Part shown: positions 48,901-60,779 of the stretch, piece after piece
Layout of the letters: every line of letters begins with the position of its first letter
Numbering within the stretch: position 1 is the stretch's first letter
NCBI RefSeq assembly: GCF_003918875.1
Contig: NW_025765148.1
Coordinates: 124,001-188,000, forward strand
Direction: 5' to 3'
DNA length: 64,000 bases
Source of the DNA: Haliotis rubra
Lineage: Eukaryota
Program-made: the position numbers and the translations under genes
The notes under the pieces: generated by a model
Databases searched by the model: none
What the model was told of the DNA's origin: nothing
What the model saw: the letters and a program-made list of their open reading frames with translations, nothing else

Positions 48901-51689
48901 TCATAACTGTAAACCACTTTGGCGTCATATGTTATTATTAAAAGTGATATCTTCGACGGGTGAGTAATAAACAAAGGCCAAGATAAGCTGCATATCCGGG
49001 TAAAATACGCATAGAAAATTTCCAATTACGCATTGAAAAATAATTGTTGTGTACCAATTACGCATTTAAAATGTTAGATATGCAAAAAAGTTTAAAACAA
49101 ATGCATACGGAATATATTTATAAAAATCGCTTGCGTAATGAAAAAGACATCGATTGCTATCCAGTTGTACTGTTAGTATTGGACAAGTGTTGTACTATCA
49201 GTGTAGGATGAGTGATTTTTTTATGAAATCATTTCCATTATATTTATGTTGGTTTTGATTAAGTATGACATAAGGCAGGACATACCTGCTTAGTAAACTT
49301 ACTCAATGACATAATACTTAGGTGAGTAAAATGACTGAAATACGCACATACCTGAAAGCAGTGGATAACGGAAAATGAAATACCCACTCAACATTCATAA
49401 CACCCACTCCAAAAAAATACAGTGGGTACAGTACCCACATGAGGTAAATCTTATCTGGAGCTCTGATAAATGAGTATAATAATACAGAAATAAATCTTTC
49501 ACCTTGTGTAAATAACTTTCTTTATACTTTTATATGTGCCAAAATCAAAGAGCGTCCACGTTAATCCTGTTTTCTTTGTAATTTGTCAGAGCCTCTGAGT
49601 AAGGCGTGCCGTGTGCGTTCAGCCATAACATGGCATTGCAAGTACCGCAAACGCTACGCTCATTGAACTGAGAATCGTCACGATTTTAGCCTTCCCAGCA
49701 ATGAACCGATAGGAAAGCAAGCAACCTGCGTATTGAACATCATTAATCATTTATCAAACCTATGTGAATTTATCATTAAAGTATGGACAGATTTTAGTAT
49801 AAAATAATTTATAAATTTATTTTTGTTTGGATTACCATTTGGGACAGAACTTAAATTATGATCAATCATTGTCAGCTTCATTTGGATTTTTCATATTTTA
49901 GATAGATATTTTTGTGATCAAATAACATTATTTCTTTCATTAAAGTATACACTAGTCTAATTCAGAAGAAAAATGGAGCAGCAGAAATATTTGTAAAAAA
50001 TCCACTTAAAAGTCCACCTGACTGGAAACTATGGAGAGAGACTATACAAACAAAAATACTGATCAATACCTAGTATGTATTATTAACATGTCACTTAATG
50101 CCCAGTGGCTCCATCTGTGGCCATGTATGTATGTAAATCATCTCTACATGTCATACAACCAGATGGTTTTCACCGCTTTGACAGCAATCCCAGACAACAA
50201 GCTTGCATTTCATTTAACATAACTGTTTAACCCACGCATACAACCATGATGAGCCTTTTCATTCGCCTTGATAATAATATAGCCATTGTAATACATGCAT
50301 CTTTCCTGCATTGTAAACATTCAAAAGTAAATTTTACAGATTAGCGTAGCTCTATTCTTTTGTGTCTGCATAACCATAACTTGCCTCAGTTGTTTTACCA
50401 TGTTTATTGGTGAGATAAAATTGGGTCAATACGGTGCTCAAGATACATATTTTTCGATGAAGTAAGTTTCTTAAGCCGGTATTTGAAACTGCAAATTACT
50501 TCACTAAAAACACTTGTGCTCAGTCCTTTACAAAATGTTCAGCAAGTTCAAAATGAAATATTGCTAATTGTGGATAAACATGACAAACAAACACACCATG
50601 ATACAGTATCAGCAGCGTGTCGCAAATAAACATGGTTAATTATAATAACGCTTGCAGTATGTTCTGAAGAAACCATGTGAATATTAGATTCTATCATTCA
50701 GATTGATAAGCATGATGAATAAAACTCCTCACCCAGTTTTTGTTGTTGAAAATTTTGAAGGGATATTCTTCCAGAACAAAATTGAAATAAATGTTTAGGG
50801 CATTCTAGATGACCATGGTTGGTTGGTTTGTTGTTTAACGTCGCATTCCGCAATATTCCAGCTATATGGCAGCGGTCTGTAAATAATCAAGTCTGGACCA
50901 GACAATCCAGTGATCAACATCATGATCGTCTCTCTATGCAATTGAGATACCATGACATGTGTCAACTGTTAGACGCCTCTTACGACAAGCATGGGTTACT
51001 GAAGACCAATTCTAACCCGTATCTTCACAGGTAGCCATGGTAGCGGGTAACAATCATCAGTGTCCTAGAATACGACCAATCTGAACCCCTGCCAATTATT
51101 GAGAGGGAACTTATTGAACTTAGACTACATCCACGCTGACAACAGCAAGGTGAGATTTCAGCTTCATGACATCGACACTTCACCGGTCTGGCCACATCTC
51201 TAAATCAGAACCAGACAATCCAGTGATAGACAACGTGAGCATCAATTAAATAAGTTGTGATGTACTGACATGCAACCAAGTCACCGATTCATTCTTGTCA
51301 CTTTCTATAACAAACACAGATTGCTGGGGATTATATTCTTACAGGAATCTCCACTGGACTTACAAGGTTGTATCTTGACAGTTGCAGAGAACACAAGTAC
51401 CCCAAGATCTGTTCATTATCTACAACTACTGCTATGTTATGAATCAAATATCAGGCAACAGGTTCCTGTTTAAAGAATATTGGGATACAATGACAGGCAA
51501 ATCTACATGATCAACCAAGTCAGCAAACTTGACCACTGAGACATACATTAAGCCAAAGGATTTCAGCCCAGACGTAATTCTGATTGATCAGCATCATTGA
51601 CTGCTACGTCAATGGTGTCAAGGACACAGATTATAGTTACAGCAGCAAGGGAGATGTGTTTGGTTTAGTTGCCTTTTTTCCTTCCCAGT

Positions 51690-52085
51690 ACAGACAGAAA
51701 ATGTTACGCTTGAAACTGCATGCAAGAAGTGGACAGGTTTGGAAGTGGGAGTGAAATGATGTGGGGCGCCATTTCCCATACCGACAGAACGGTCTTGGTC
51801 CATGTCCCTGGCAATTTAAAGACACAACGTTACAATGTTACACAGAAGAAATTCTTCGACCACACGTCCTTCCCATAATGCAACAAGCAAATCATGTTAT
51901 TTTTCAACTCGATGCTTTTAATCAATGTCTGCAATCACGTCAGCAACAGCAACGGAACCTCCTGCAGTTGGATTAAGCAATGCAGGAACAGTGGGCAAAC
52001 AGTTTGTAATCTGAGTGGCTCCATGGGGCGATGAAGCCAGGCAGTTCTGGACTCTCCTAGAGGTCACACAAGATAATGACAACAG
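51690..52085 (+). mobile_element. Degenerate Tc1 transposase fragment
   Basis: RFGSGSEMMWGAISHTDRTVLVHVPGNL...EEILRPHVLPIM...IFQLD. Confidence 0.7.
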
Positions 52086-53377
52086 ATTACCTGCACACGT
52101 GTGCCATGATGACAATGACATGTACCAACTTTGAACAACTTATCATGATCTGTTGATGTGTATATAATACATAAAGTGGACATCTGAAAACCATTTTTGA
52201 GTTTCCATCTTTGCACAGAAAATGTATTGTATTGAACATAGTAAGGAAGTGGAGTATTGAGATATGATATGTAAAGAAAAACAATCACTTCGGTCACATC
52301 AAGGCACTTCTACTTCTTTCTGTTACAAGCATTATGATTTTTATGAACAAAAACATGTCGGAAAATGACAAAGGATAAACAGAAAAAGTTACATCCTTAC
52401 ACTTATAGATCATGTTCATGATGATGGATATGACATTAGAATAAAAGACAACTTAGAAGTGAACCCATCTTGTGTTGACCTGCTGCATTTGGTTTTATTT
52501 TCATATAAACACACTGTCATATGAGACACATTTCATCCAGTCCATTCAGCTTGATAGTGCTCAGAGGAGCAATGGTGACCTTCATGAAACCAGGTGCATG
52601 TCAACTGTATAAATATTTAACTCACATGACATGCACCATAACAATAAGGTCCTAACATGTTCACAACATAACACCGAAATTAAATACTCAAGGTTATAAG
52701 ATCATAGTTGACAGTGAAAGACTAAATCGTGATTGACTATAGTTCCAAACAGAGATGATATGGAAATCCACATTCTTAACACCATGAATATATGAATACA
52801 GTGGTACATTTCCAACAAAGTTTGACAACTCCCAGAGAAAACGAAAGCTGTATTCAATTACATATTCATTACAAATTTACAAACTGTATACCATACTACA
52901 AAAAGCCATTTCTTTAATAAGTGACAGCAGCTGTATTTATATTCAGAACTGGTATTAAGTTTATCTATGTGTGAATCATTTTAAATAATAGAATATTCGG
53001 TTATTATGACTTCTGAGTCATAACTGCATAACTAAAGAAATTAGCATGTATATACTCCATAAACTTCCGCTATTTCCTGTGATATGAGCTGTCACATTTT
53101 GTGTAACAATCGATTTTGGCATGAGTTTGCGAGAACACACACTTCTTTTCAACAGAATACATTACGCCTCGTAGGATCTATCAAATAAAACAGTGCCTTG
53201 CGAAAAAAGATATGCTCAGTGTTATTTGATAGAAACTCCAGTACTCCCGGCATTCGACAACACGGTGGAGCCAAGAGCTGTCTCGAGTGAAAATCACGAA
53301 ACCCACAACTTCAATTATATCAATAAAGACGCTTCATTTAATGATCTTTAACTTTGAAAAGAAGAAAATCGACGTAC

Positions 53378-53429
53378 CACTGTCACCAATAATTAGTAGT
53401 TTGAATAGGTGATCGTATTCCCTGGCCAT
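53378..53429 (-). CDS. RAB35: Ras-related protein Rab-35, exon 1 of 6 (complement join 53378-53429,47047-47097,45650-45773,43200-43324,41960-42084,40256-40381; 200 aa)
   Basis: MAREYDHLFKLLIIGDS; donor G|GTACGT. Confidence 0.93.
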
Positions 53430-53482
53430 TTTGTGAAATTATTATCGACAAATTTCTCCAGGAAGTTATCTACAGGGGTGGT

Positions 53483-53518
53483 AAACGGAAGTTGTTTCAT
53501 AGTATGTATGCGCATGAC
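53483..53518. promoter_or_regulatory. RAB35 proximal promoter motifs (ETS CGGAAGT; NRF1-like TGCGCATG)
   Basis: aaacggaagttg and atgcgcatg about 55-90 bp upstream of the RAB35 ATG. Confidence 0.45.
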
Positions 53519-54249
53519 TCATAAATTAAATACTATTTGCTTTCAACAAGTTATCAATAGCTCTTGGATAGTTTTAGCGACATCTGCCGACCGTTGTGTT
53601 AAAAAATCAATCAGTGTAATTTAAAATAGATCACGGGTTTGTAAGTTTGTGTTTTTGAAAGTAAACAGACGAACTGCAAATCCCAAAAGACAAAATTGAG
53701 GATAAGCTAGATAGGTAGCTTATTAGTCATAGAGATAGATCACACACACCGAGATCCCAGACTTGGTTACACCCTTAGTTCATTAATAGGTACGAAGTCC
53801 AAAATATTTTATATACTCATGGAACAACAACACCGCCGCCCCCAACACACACCACCACCACCCCAACTCATACCTAATTACGCGAATCTAATACACATTA
53901 TTTGGTTGTTTGGTTGTTTATTAAAATTTGCGTTTAGTTTAACTCGACCATTTGCCATACTCCAGCCTCTTCTTTAAGAGGCATTTAGATGCTGTGTGAT
54001 TAAGAGGAACACTTTTTATGGTTAGACATCAACATCAAACGCCTCAACCCGACGATCAACAGAGATCAAGATACGATCACCTAATCAAGGCTAACCAAGA
54101 ACAACCCTTCCCCATCCTTTGTCCATCTGGCTTCAATCATCTCTGTATAACAAAAAGTCTCATTATGTCCTCACACATACACGTCCTGTACATAAACTTA
54201 AATATCCTTCATGTACATATTTCTCCTTGTGCGTAATTTTGTGTATCAT

Positions 54250-54317
54250 TTGCTTGATAACGGTGTTAACACCGAAACGTCGACTCTATTGCAATAAAAA
54301 AGTTGTCTATCATAAAA
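54250..54317 (+). ncRNA. Hammerhead ribozyme motif / Penelope-like LTR end
   Basis: TTGATAA-C-GGTG(ttaa)CACC-GAAAC-GTC followed by AATAAAAAAGTTGT. Confidence 0.5.
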
Positions 54318-55024
54318 GGTCTTCCTTTTTGCTCCGCTCGTGTGTACATGATCAGACCAGGCAAACTAGTAATCATGGATCCTCGCGATCGGAATACGAT
54401 AACCGCGTATCAACCAAATAAGAGTACGTGGCTTAACCACCAGATCCAGTTAGTCGCCTCCTACAATAAATTTTATTACAAATTTTGATTTAAAGTATAT
54501 AAACCCCATTTTGGCATTCAGCTAACTCATAAAGTTTGTGTTCATGAACATATATAGTGGATGATGACTCCTACGGGAAGATAATTCTGTTTAGGTCCAG
54601 ATTTTATGTCAAACCGTCGTCTTGCCGAGAGTAAACTTTGCTCAGGGCTGTTGAACCACGCCTTGTATTTCTGACATTTATAAGTAATCATTGTAACAAA
54701 AAACTGTCTCACACCGTTTTATAAGGCAGCCAATCACACCAGACTGCACACTTACGTACATGTCGTGACCCGTGAAAACCTGAGTTACAATTGATCTTCA
54801 CCAACCCTTGCTTGCCGTAATAGGCTAGCTGACTTGGTTGACACATGTCATCGTATCCCAATATTGTGTAGATCGATGCTCATGCTGTTGATCTGTCTGG
54901 TCCAGGTTCGATTATTTACATACCGCCGCCATATTAGCCGGAATTTGCTGAGTGCGTCGTTAAACAACAAACCAACCGTACATGTCCTTATATGTCAACA
55001 GAGATTGTTGTAAGTGTATCCAAA

Positions 55025-55480
55025 CGGGTTTTTTCCTTTTTAAATCTTTTTATTCATTTCAATTCAGTAGGTATACATTCAGGTTGGGTGTGTACAAAGA
55101 TATACCTATATTATGTATGAATAACAGCTTTATGTAATTTATATATAGCAGCACTACATTGTTGGTTGGATACTGTACTGGAGTGTGCGTGAAATAAGTA
55201 TGTATGGACATCAAAACTGATATAAGCTGTGTCCTTTAAGACATGAGACAACTACATTAAGACTGCAATACAGTGATCAAATGTTTCCACTTTGTATGGA
55301 ATGAAGGCAGAGCGTTATTCTTCTTCGCAATAATTTCTTCAACATTAAAAACATCTTTGACAGTTTTCCTAAAACCTTCTATTGTTAACATATTTGTTTT
55401 TATGCTTGTGATATGGATGTATTTTTTGGCTAATAAGATTATATGTGATGTCAATAAGCCATAGGAGCTATTGCAAATGA
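55025..55480 (-). mobile_element. L1/Tx1-like LINE 3' fragment
   Basis: IILLAKKYIH...EEIIAKKNN...FHTKWK ORF2 C-terminus, then AATAAA and an A-rich tail. Confidence 0.6.
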
Positions 55481-56148
55481 GAATATCAGAGTGTATCCAC
55501 AGCGTTTGTCAATGGCAGTAGAAGACTGAAGAGTTGGTAAAATACTGAAGGAGTGACGAAGTCCGTACCATGCACAGCGGGTGACGCTTTCGTAGATCAA
55601 ACACCACTTACATTGGCCAGTGTACACGTGGTAATAATTTTATCAAAATAGTTTGGAATAGGTTTAAGATATTTTTCTGATGAATTTCCGTGTTACTTGT
55701 TTAGTAAAGACCGTTTCATATTGCAGGCAAACGACAAAACAAACAAGTTCCCTGTGTATTCTTACTGGAACCAGGGAGACTATATTGTAGATTGTCCCTG
55801 CTGTACATAACAATTACATGATCTGCAGCTGAAATAGAAATTGAAAATCCAAGAAAGACATTGCCGGGAGGGGAGTATTCGACGTCACGGCAGTCGTCAC
55901 TTGTTCGTAAACATACCATTCAGTAGGTTGTAACTTCTGATGTAAAATGCTTAGCGTACGCAGAAAATGTAATCTACGTGAGTGCTTTGACAGGAACTAG
56001 ATAGATAAATAGTTGTATGGCAAATATACCGGTGTCGTTTTACACTTCCGGCATGTGCGTGCCGTGACAATTCGTCTGCTAGTACGAAAGGCGATCATTG
56101 AGTGTTTCGGTCAGAAAGACATGTAGTGTTCATCACCGCCGTAAAGAA

Positions 56149-56237
56149 ATGAACACTACTCTTCTGCGGGCTTTGTGCAACTCTTCTGTACACAAATGCC
56201 TACGTAACATGAGCACAAAGACAAAGCAATCTTATCC
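56149..56237 (+). CDS. ABHD11: ABHD11 probable exon 1 (mitochondrial presequence-like)
   Basis: MNTTLLRALCNSSVHKCLRNMSTKTKQSY; CC|GTAAGT phase-2 donor matches exon 2; ETS site ACTTCCGG near 56044. Confidence 0.7.
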
Positions 56238-56874
56238 GTAAGTTGATCGCCAGCAATCGAACATTGACAGTTCTGTGGTGAAAGACGATTCGTGTCTGTC
56301 CATGTTTTCGGACCGGCCTTTGACCGAGAGGTCACTGGGGTCATGCTTCACCGCAGGATTTGTGATGTCATTGGTAGTCACCAGTAAAGGCTTCTGTACA
56401 CCTGAGATTTTCAACTCACCGACAATTCACTGATACAGAAGTTCAAGAGAGAGTTAGACTCTATCAAGGCAGACCTAGAAAAAACCTCCAAGCCTCAATT
56501 ACATTTTTGTGCTTAGTGTAATCTCTGCATAAAGTATCATGTACAATCTATCCTGTGAAACTTTACTGAAACTTACTCAAATTACCTATGAAATTCCTCA
56601 CTTAAAAGAATGTTAATTGTACCTGCTTTCATAACTTGGGCAAAGTAAGTTTCGTAATATATTTGTCAAAAATACTCAAATGAAATTCAGATTAGAATTT
56701 ATTGGATGTTTTGTATAATATTTTTGTAATATATAAATGAGACTAGCAACGAAATTATCATGCAAAGAGGAGCTTTATGTTATTTGATAACCTTACGTAC
56801 CAATCATTCAATTCTAGAGTAGTAGCAGTAAGAAGTTAAGCCCTGGTTGACAAAGTTGCAATGATAAGAAGTTG

Positions 56875-59045
56875 AGCCATGGGTTTCAAGGTAGTAACTT
56901 TGAGGATAGCCATGGGTGTCACAGAAGTATCTTTGATGATAGCCATCGGTGTCAAAGTAGTAACTTTGATGATAGCCATGGGTGACAAAGAAGTAGCTTT
57001 GAGGATAGCCAGGAGCATCACAGAAGTAACTTTGATGATAGCCATGGGTGTCAAAGTAGTAACTTTGATAATATCCATGGGTGTCAAGGTAGTATCTTTG
57101 ATGATAGCCATGGGTGTCAAAGTAGTAACTTTGATGATAGCCATGGGTGTCACAGAAGTAACTTTGATGATAGCCATGGGTGTCAAAGTAGTAACTTTGA
57201 AGATAGCCGTGGGTGTCACAGAAGTATCTTTGATGATAGCCATCAGTGTCAAAGTAGTAACTTTGAAGATAGTCATGGGTGTCAAAGCAGTAATTTTGAT
57301 GATAGCCATGGGTGTCACAGAAGTAACTTTGATGATAGCCATGGGTGTCAAAGTAGTAACTTTGAAGATAGCCATGGGTGTCACAGAAGTATCTTTGATG
57401 ATAGCCATGGGTGTCAAAGTAGTAACTTTGATGATAGCCATGGGTGTCAAAGTAGTAACTTTGATAATACCCATGGGTGTCAAGGTAGTATCTTTGATGA
57501 TAGCCATGGGTGTCAAAGTAGTAACTTTGAGGATAGCCATGGGTGTCACAGAAGTAACTTTGATGATAGCCATGGGTGTCAAAGTAGTAACTTTGAAGAT
57601 AGCCGTGGGTGTCACAGAAGTATCTTTGATGATAGCCATCAGTGTCAAAGTAGTAACTTTGAAGATAGTCATGGGTGTCAAAGCAGTAATTTTGATGATA
57701 GCCATGGGTGTCAAAGTACTAACTTTGATGATAGCCATGGGTGTCAAAGTAGTAACTTTGATGACAGCCATGGGTGTCAAAAGTAGTAACTTTGATAGAG
57801 CCATGGGTGTCACAGAACTAACTTTGATGACAGCCATGGGTGTCAAAGTAGTAGCTTTTAAGATAGCCATGGGTGTCACAGAACTTACTTTGATGATAGC
57901 CATGGGTGTCAAAGTAGTAGCTTTGAGGATATCCATGGTTGTCACAGAAGTAACTTTGATGATAGCCATGGGTGTCAAAGTAGTAACTTTGAGGATATCC
58001 ATGGGTGTCACAGAAGTCACTTTGATGATAGCCATGGGTGTCAAAGTAGTAACTTTGATAATAGCCCGTGGTGTCAAAGTACTAACTTTGATGATAACCA
58101 TGAGTGTCAAGGTAGTAACTTTGATATAGCCATGGGCGTCACAGAAGTAACTTTGATGATAGCCATGGGTGTCAAAGTAGTAACTTTGAGGATAGCCATG
58201 GGTGTCACAGAAGTATCTTTGATGATAGCCATGGGTGTCAAAGTAATAACTTTGATGATAGCCATGGGTGACAAAATAGTAGCTTTGAGGATAGCCAGGA
58301 GCATCACAGAAGTAACTTTGATGATAGCCATGGGTGTCAAAGTAGTAACTTTGATAATACCCATGGGTGTCAAGGTAGTATCTTTGATGATAGCCATGGG
58401 TGTCAAAGTAGTAACTTTGATGATAGCCATGGGTGTCACAGAAGTAACTTTGATGATAGCCATGGGTGTCAAAGTAGTAACTTTGATAATAGCCAATGGT
58501 GACAAAGTAATAACTTTGATGATAGCCATGGGTGTCAAAGTAGTAACTTTTATGATAGCCATGGGTGTCAAAGTAGTAACTTTGATGATAGCCATGGGTG
58601 TCAAGGTAGTTACTTTGATAATAGCCAATGGTGACAAAGTAATAACTTTGATGATAGCCATGGGTGTCAAAGTAGTAACTTTGATGATAGCCATGGGTGT
58701 CAAAGTAGTAACTTTGATGATAGCCATGGGTGTCAACAGTAGTAACTTTGATGATAGCCATGGGTGTCAAAGTAGTAACTTTGATGATAGCCATGGGTGT
58801 CAAAGTAGTAACTTTGAAGATAGACATGGGTGTCAACACAGAAGTATCTTTGATGATGAGCCATCAGTGTCAATAGTAGTAACTTTGAAGATAGCCATGG
58901 GTGTCACAGAAGTAACTTTGATGATAGCCATGGGTGTCAAAGTAGTAACTTTGATGATAGCCATGGGTGTCAAAGTAGTAACTTTGAGGATAGCCATGGG
59001 TGACAAAGTAGTAACTTTGATGATAACCATGGGTGTCAAAAGCCA
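56875..59045. repeat. 33-bp minisatellite (about 65 copies) in ABHD11 intron 1
   Basis: Unit GATAGCCATGGGTGTCAAAGTAGTAACTTTGAT. Confidence 0.95.
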
Positions 59046-59053
59046 TAGGTGAC

Positions 59054-60207
59054 TAGGGCTTCCACGGGTACTCGAGTACTCGAGGACGAGTCGGGTTTAG
59101 CTGGACTCGAGTCCATTTTCAAGGACTCGAGGACTGGAAAAGGGGAGATAACTCGAATTATTGACATTGACGGACTGTCTGCCATGTGCTAAGCATGACC
59201 GTCCGTTGACGTCTAATATTAAGAAAAAGATATAACTTTATTATCCCCGAGGAAATTCTCATATATCCAAACTGTCACAAAATGAATATATACACAGTTC
59301 ACAAAAATATGCACAATAATTACATGCTCAAAACGAATGCTATTTACATATAAAACTGACATGATATAATTCAGTTAACCACATAGGTAAAGAGGCTGAA
59401 TAATTCTAGTTCTAATCACATGATGATGATTCAAAATATTGGTTGCATTCACGAATACTTGATGGTATGAAAGACTGTGAATCGACAGCAGCGTCCAGAA
59501 GGAAGTAGTTCAAAATGGTGAGATCAAAAATGTCAACTATCAAATCTAATTTTAGCTGCCTTTTTGACTATACTCGAAATACACTCCAGAAATTTTGCAA
59601 GCAGTATTAACAATTTTGAAAAGTCTGTTTTTGTTGCGATGAGACAGATCCCCATACCAACATAGAAAATTGTAGGTCAACATACTTTGAATAAAGGTTT
59701 GATAAAAAACTGTCATTACGGTTTTGTCAATGCCTTGATGATAATAATGTTCAGAATCAGAAATTAGGCCAGTAACAGTGGCATCATCTGCAAATTTCAC
59801 AGTAAACAAGTCATATATTGACAAGTAACAGTCATTGGTATACAAAACGAAGCGTACGGATGAAGGAACACAGCCATGTGGATCTCCAGCAGAGGTTGAG
59901 AGAAAAGAAGATTGATAGCCATTGACACTGACATACTGAGTTCTATGTACCCTGAATTCTTTAACCCATCTGATAATGTTTTTATTAACACCCAGATTAA
60001 ATAGTTTACTCCTCACACGGTGTGGCTGTATGGTATTAGTTGTTACAAGTCTGCAGATGAGAGTAAATATTATACATCGATTGAGATTTCACTTCTGAAA
60101 ATGATTAGGTAACTATCTTGACAATTGAACGTTTGCTTGAAAGGTATGAATTTCGAGTCTCACCCCTCGAGTACTCGAGTCTAAAAAATGGACTCGTTGA
60201 AGCCCTA
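59054..60207. mobile_element. hAT MITE containing a nested LINE
   Basis: TIR TAGGGCTTC.ACG.G, 8-bp TSD TAGGTGAC (59046-59053 and 60208-60215), ACTCGAG subterminal repeats. Confidence 0.88.
59222..60039 (-). mobile_element. 5'-truncated, internally deleted Rex/Babar-like LINE
   Basis: NTIQPH, YTNDC, KFADD RT motifs; 3' end AATTTCCTCGGGGATAATAAAG. Confidence 0.8.
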
Positions 60208-60405
60208 TAGGTGACTTAATGCTTTGCTTTGCTTTGACTACCTTGGATACTTTGAATTTCATGAATAATAATTGAATATTCTTTTTTAATGATGGCATAG
60301 TTAAAATTAGTACCCAGTCACATAAGGAACATGAACAGAAAAACGATGACCGATTGGAGAACTAATTAGATGCCATGCCTAATGGCATTGTTGATTTGCT
60401 TACAG

Positions 60406-60577
60406 AAAGGCTGTGAAATTGTCGTACACTGAACATGACTTTGAGCAGACTGGCAGCTGGGAGGTGGGTAGCCTAGGCAACAAAGATTATGCCCCACTTC
60501 TGGTACTACATGGTCTGTTTGGTTCCAAGTCAAACTGGCACAGTATTGCCAAGAAGCTGGCTGCAGAGGGGCAAAGG
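60406..60577 (+). CDS. ABHD11: Alpha/beta hydrolase ABHD11 exon 2 (gene continues beyond the window; the window ends on a probable acceptor, tctttacag)
   Basis: AVKLSY...PLLVLHGLFGSKSNWHSIAKKLAAEGQR; AGG|GTGAGT donor. Confidence 0.88.
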
Positions 60578-60779
60578 GTGAGTTGTTATATTTGGCTTTC
60601 CAAAAAATATGATGGCATGGAATACTTTGAATTGGCGTGACAGATTATACCTATGTTGCATTTGAACTTGGGTTTTAGTGTACTAAGTGTACAGTTTCAT
60701 GACTGAACTACATCTCTGCCCTACTAAGTGGCAGAAACATCATGGGTAGTATATTATATAGGACGGTGGACACGAAATA

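Noticed and set aside
56836-59052. ORFs of 667, 416, 306 and 209 aa, and a superficially CRISPR-like hairpin array
   Set aside because: Products of a 33-bp intronic minisatellite with frameshifts; no unique spacers or cas genes; eukaryotic context
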